Shown piece after piece: positions 62,672 to 64,000 of a stretch of DNA of 64,000 nt. The notes below the pieces were generated by a model. The model worked only from the letters and a program-made list of their open reading frames with translations, was not told the DNA's origin and made no database searches. Source of the stretch: Callorhinchus milii (Eukaryota); NCBI RefSeq assembly GCF_018977255.1, contig NW_024704742.1:108812001-108876000 (forward strand). Direction: 5' to 3'. How positions within the stretch are numbered: position 1 is the first letter of the stretch; every line of letters starts with the position of its first letter. Both the position numbers and the translations under genes were made by a program.

Positions 62672-64000
62672 TCTGCCAAAAATATTAGGTACAATTAATA
62701 CAATGTAGAGCCAGGATTTGTGAACAAAAGATGTGCACAAAAATAGTGTCTTTGAATTCCAGTTCATGGAAAACAGAACGAAAAAGATCAATTTTTTCAT
62801 CTTTCAGAAAGCACTCCGAGATGCTACCTCACGTGACGGGCACTATATAAATTCAAACTGTTGTTTGTTTCTAGTTTGGTGCATGGAAATGCCGAGAGCT
62901 GTGAAATGCAGGAATATTGTACAACATATAGCAAAAAACTGAACCATTGTGCGGTATCTGTTGACCCACCCAAGATTGTCCTGACTGATGTATTGTTGTT
63001 CACATCTTGTGCAAGTCTCTGTCAGTTGTCCATCTCAAGATCTACCTTTCAGACTGTGATTTTGCTCATCTCCCCAACTCCCCAATCCCCTTCATCTCCA
63101 CCTCAGCTATAAATGCAAATCACATTGTAATTTCCGTTCATCAAACCCCCACCACACCGCACCCCAACAAAATCTAACCAATACTGCAATAGCTTACAAA
63201 GTACAAAGGTAGGCACTCGGACCATAAGCAATGCATCATTGGAGCATGGAAATAAAATGTTGTCCCCAGCACTTGGTTGCTTTGAAAACTCAGTATTTTG
63301 TGTCAATTTTTTACTCCTTCTCTAAAACATCATCCTTTTTGCTTGCACAAACTGCAGGTCTGCTACATATAGAACACACTGAAGAAGTTTGAAGATGCAG
63401 TATCATGTGTTATTTAGTTTAATGGATTTGTGGAGCAATTAATTCCCCTTCAGGACTTTTTTTTAAAAGTAAGGTGGGTGACTCTTCCTCCCATTTCCCA
63501 ATTCTTACTCTAGCAAATTTTATTCCATCCATGAAGTACTGTACATGTGCCTCCTATTTAGATTGAAAACCTACTTCCAATATGTTCCCATATAATGTGA
63601 GCTTTAACATGAGATCAAACTTTCAGTAGATATTACCATGCATTAGATTACACTATTAGTGCAGAGTCAAGAGCCTTCATCACAAAATACCTTCAACAAG
63701 GCAGCCGACTAGCTCAGTTGTCTTTTTACTATAATTTGCCAGCTTCTTCAGTAGATGCTTTACAGTCTCAGTTGCTAACAGGAATGTTTTAAAACCTGAT
63801 TTTGAACATGTCCGCTCACTGGTTTAGCCGAATTTTAATGGTACGCCTGCAATAGCCAAATGGAGCTTTGCTTTTGAAAATATATATTTGTTTATAAATC
63901 CAAAACAGAAATCCAAAACAAACACAACATCTTCTGTTACAATTTTTCCCTTTTCTCCTGATACAAACATCATTGTGTTGTTTACTGTACATTCCTTCAC

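Noticed and set aside
1..64000. CRISPR arrays, operons, retrons or other prokaryotic RT systems
   Set aside because: There are no repeat-spacer arrays or gene-dense regions, and all RT motifs belong to vertebrate CR1/L2 LINEs.

Overview
This is eukaryotic (vertebrate) genomic DNA, most likely from a cartilaginous fish. That is inferred from the mix of CR1 LINEs, L2 LINEs with (TTG)n tails and SacSINE1-like Deu-domain SINEs. Roughly half of the window is decayed non-LTR retrotransposon sequence: 5'-truncated CR1 and L2 copies, two tRNA-derived SINE families sharing an L2-type 3' tail, a third older SINE, and at least two dispersed repeats I cannot classify. I recognise no host protein-coding exon; every interpretable ORF in the track is a LINE ORF2 fragment or its antisense shadow. 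The window looks intronic or intergenic. The unique DNA between repeats contains a divergent pair of CTCF motifs, candidate conserved non-coding elements, several well-formed splice-site pairs (a possible minus-strand transcript, including AG|GT recursive-splice-like sites) and one frame-preserving plus-strand exon candidate containing an MGCCC start. I cannot confirm a novel biological system. The best leads are the recursive-splice candidates, the chimeric SINE and its deletion subfamily, the solo L2-tail insertions and the unclassified repeats. Repeat boundaries were read by eye and are approximate.
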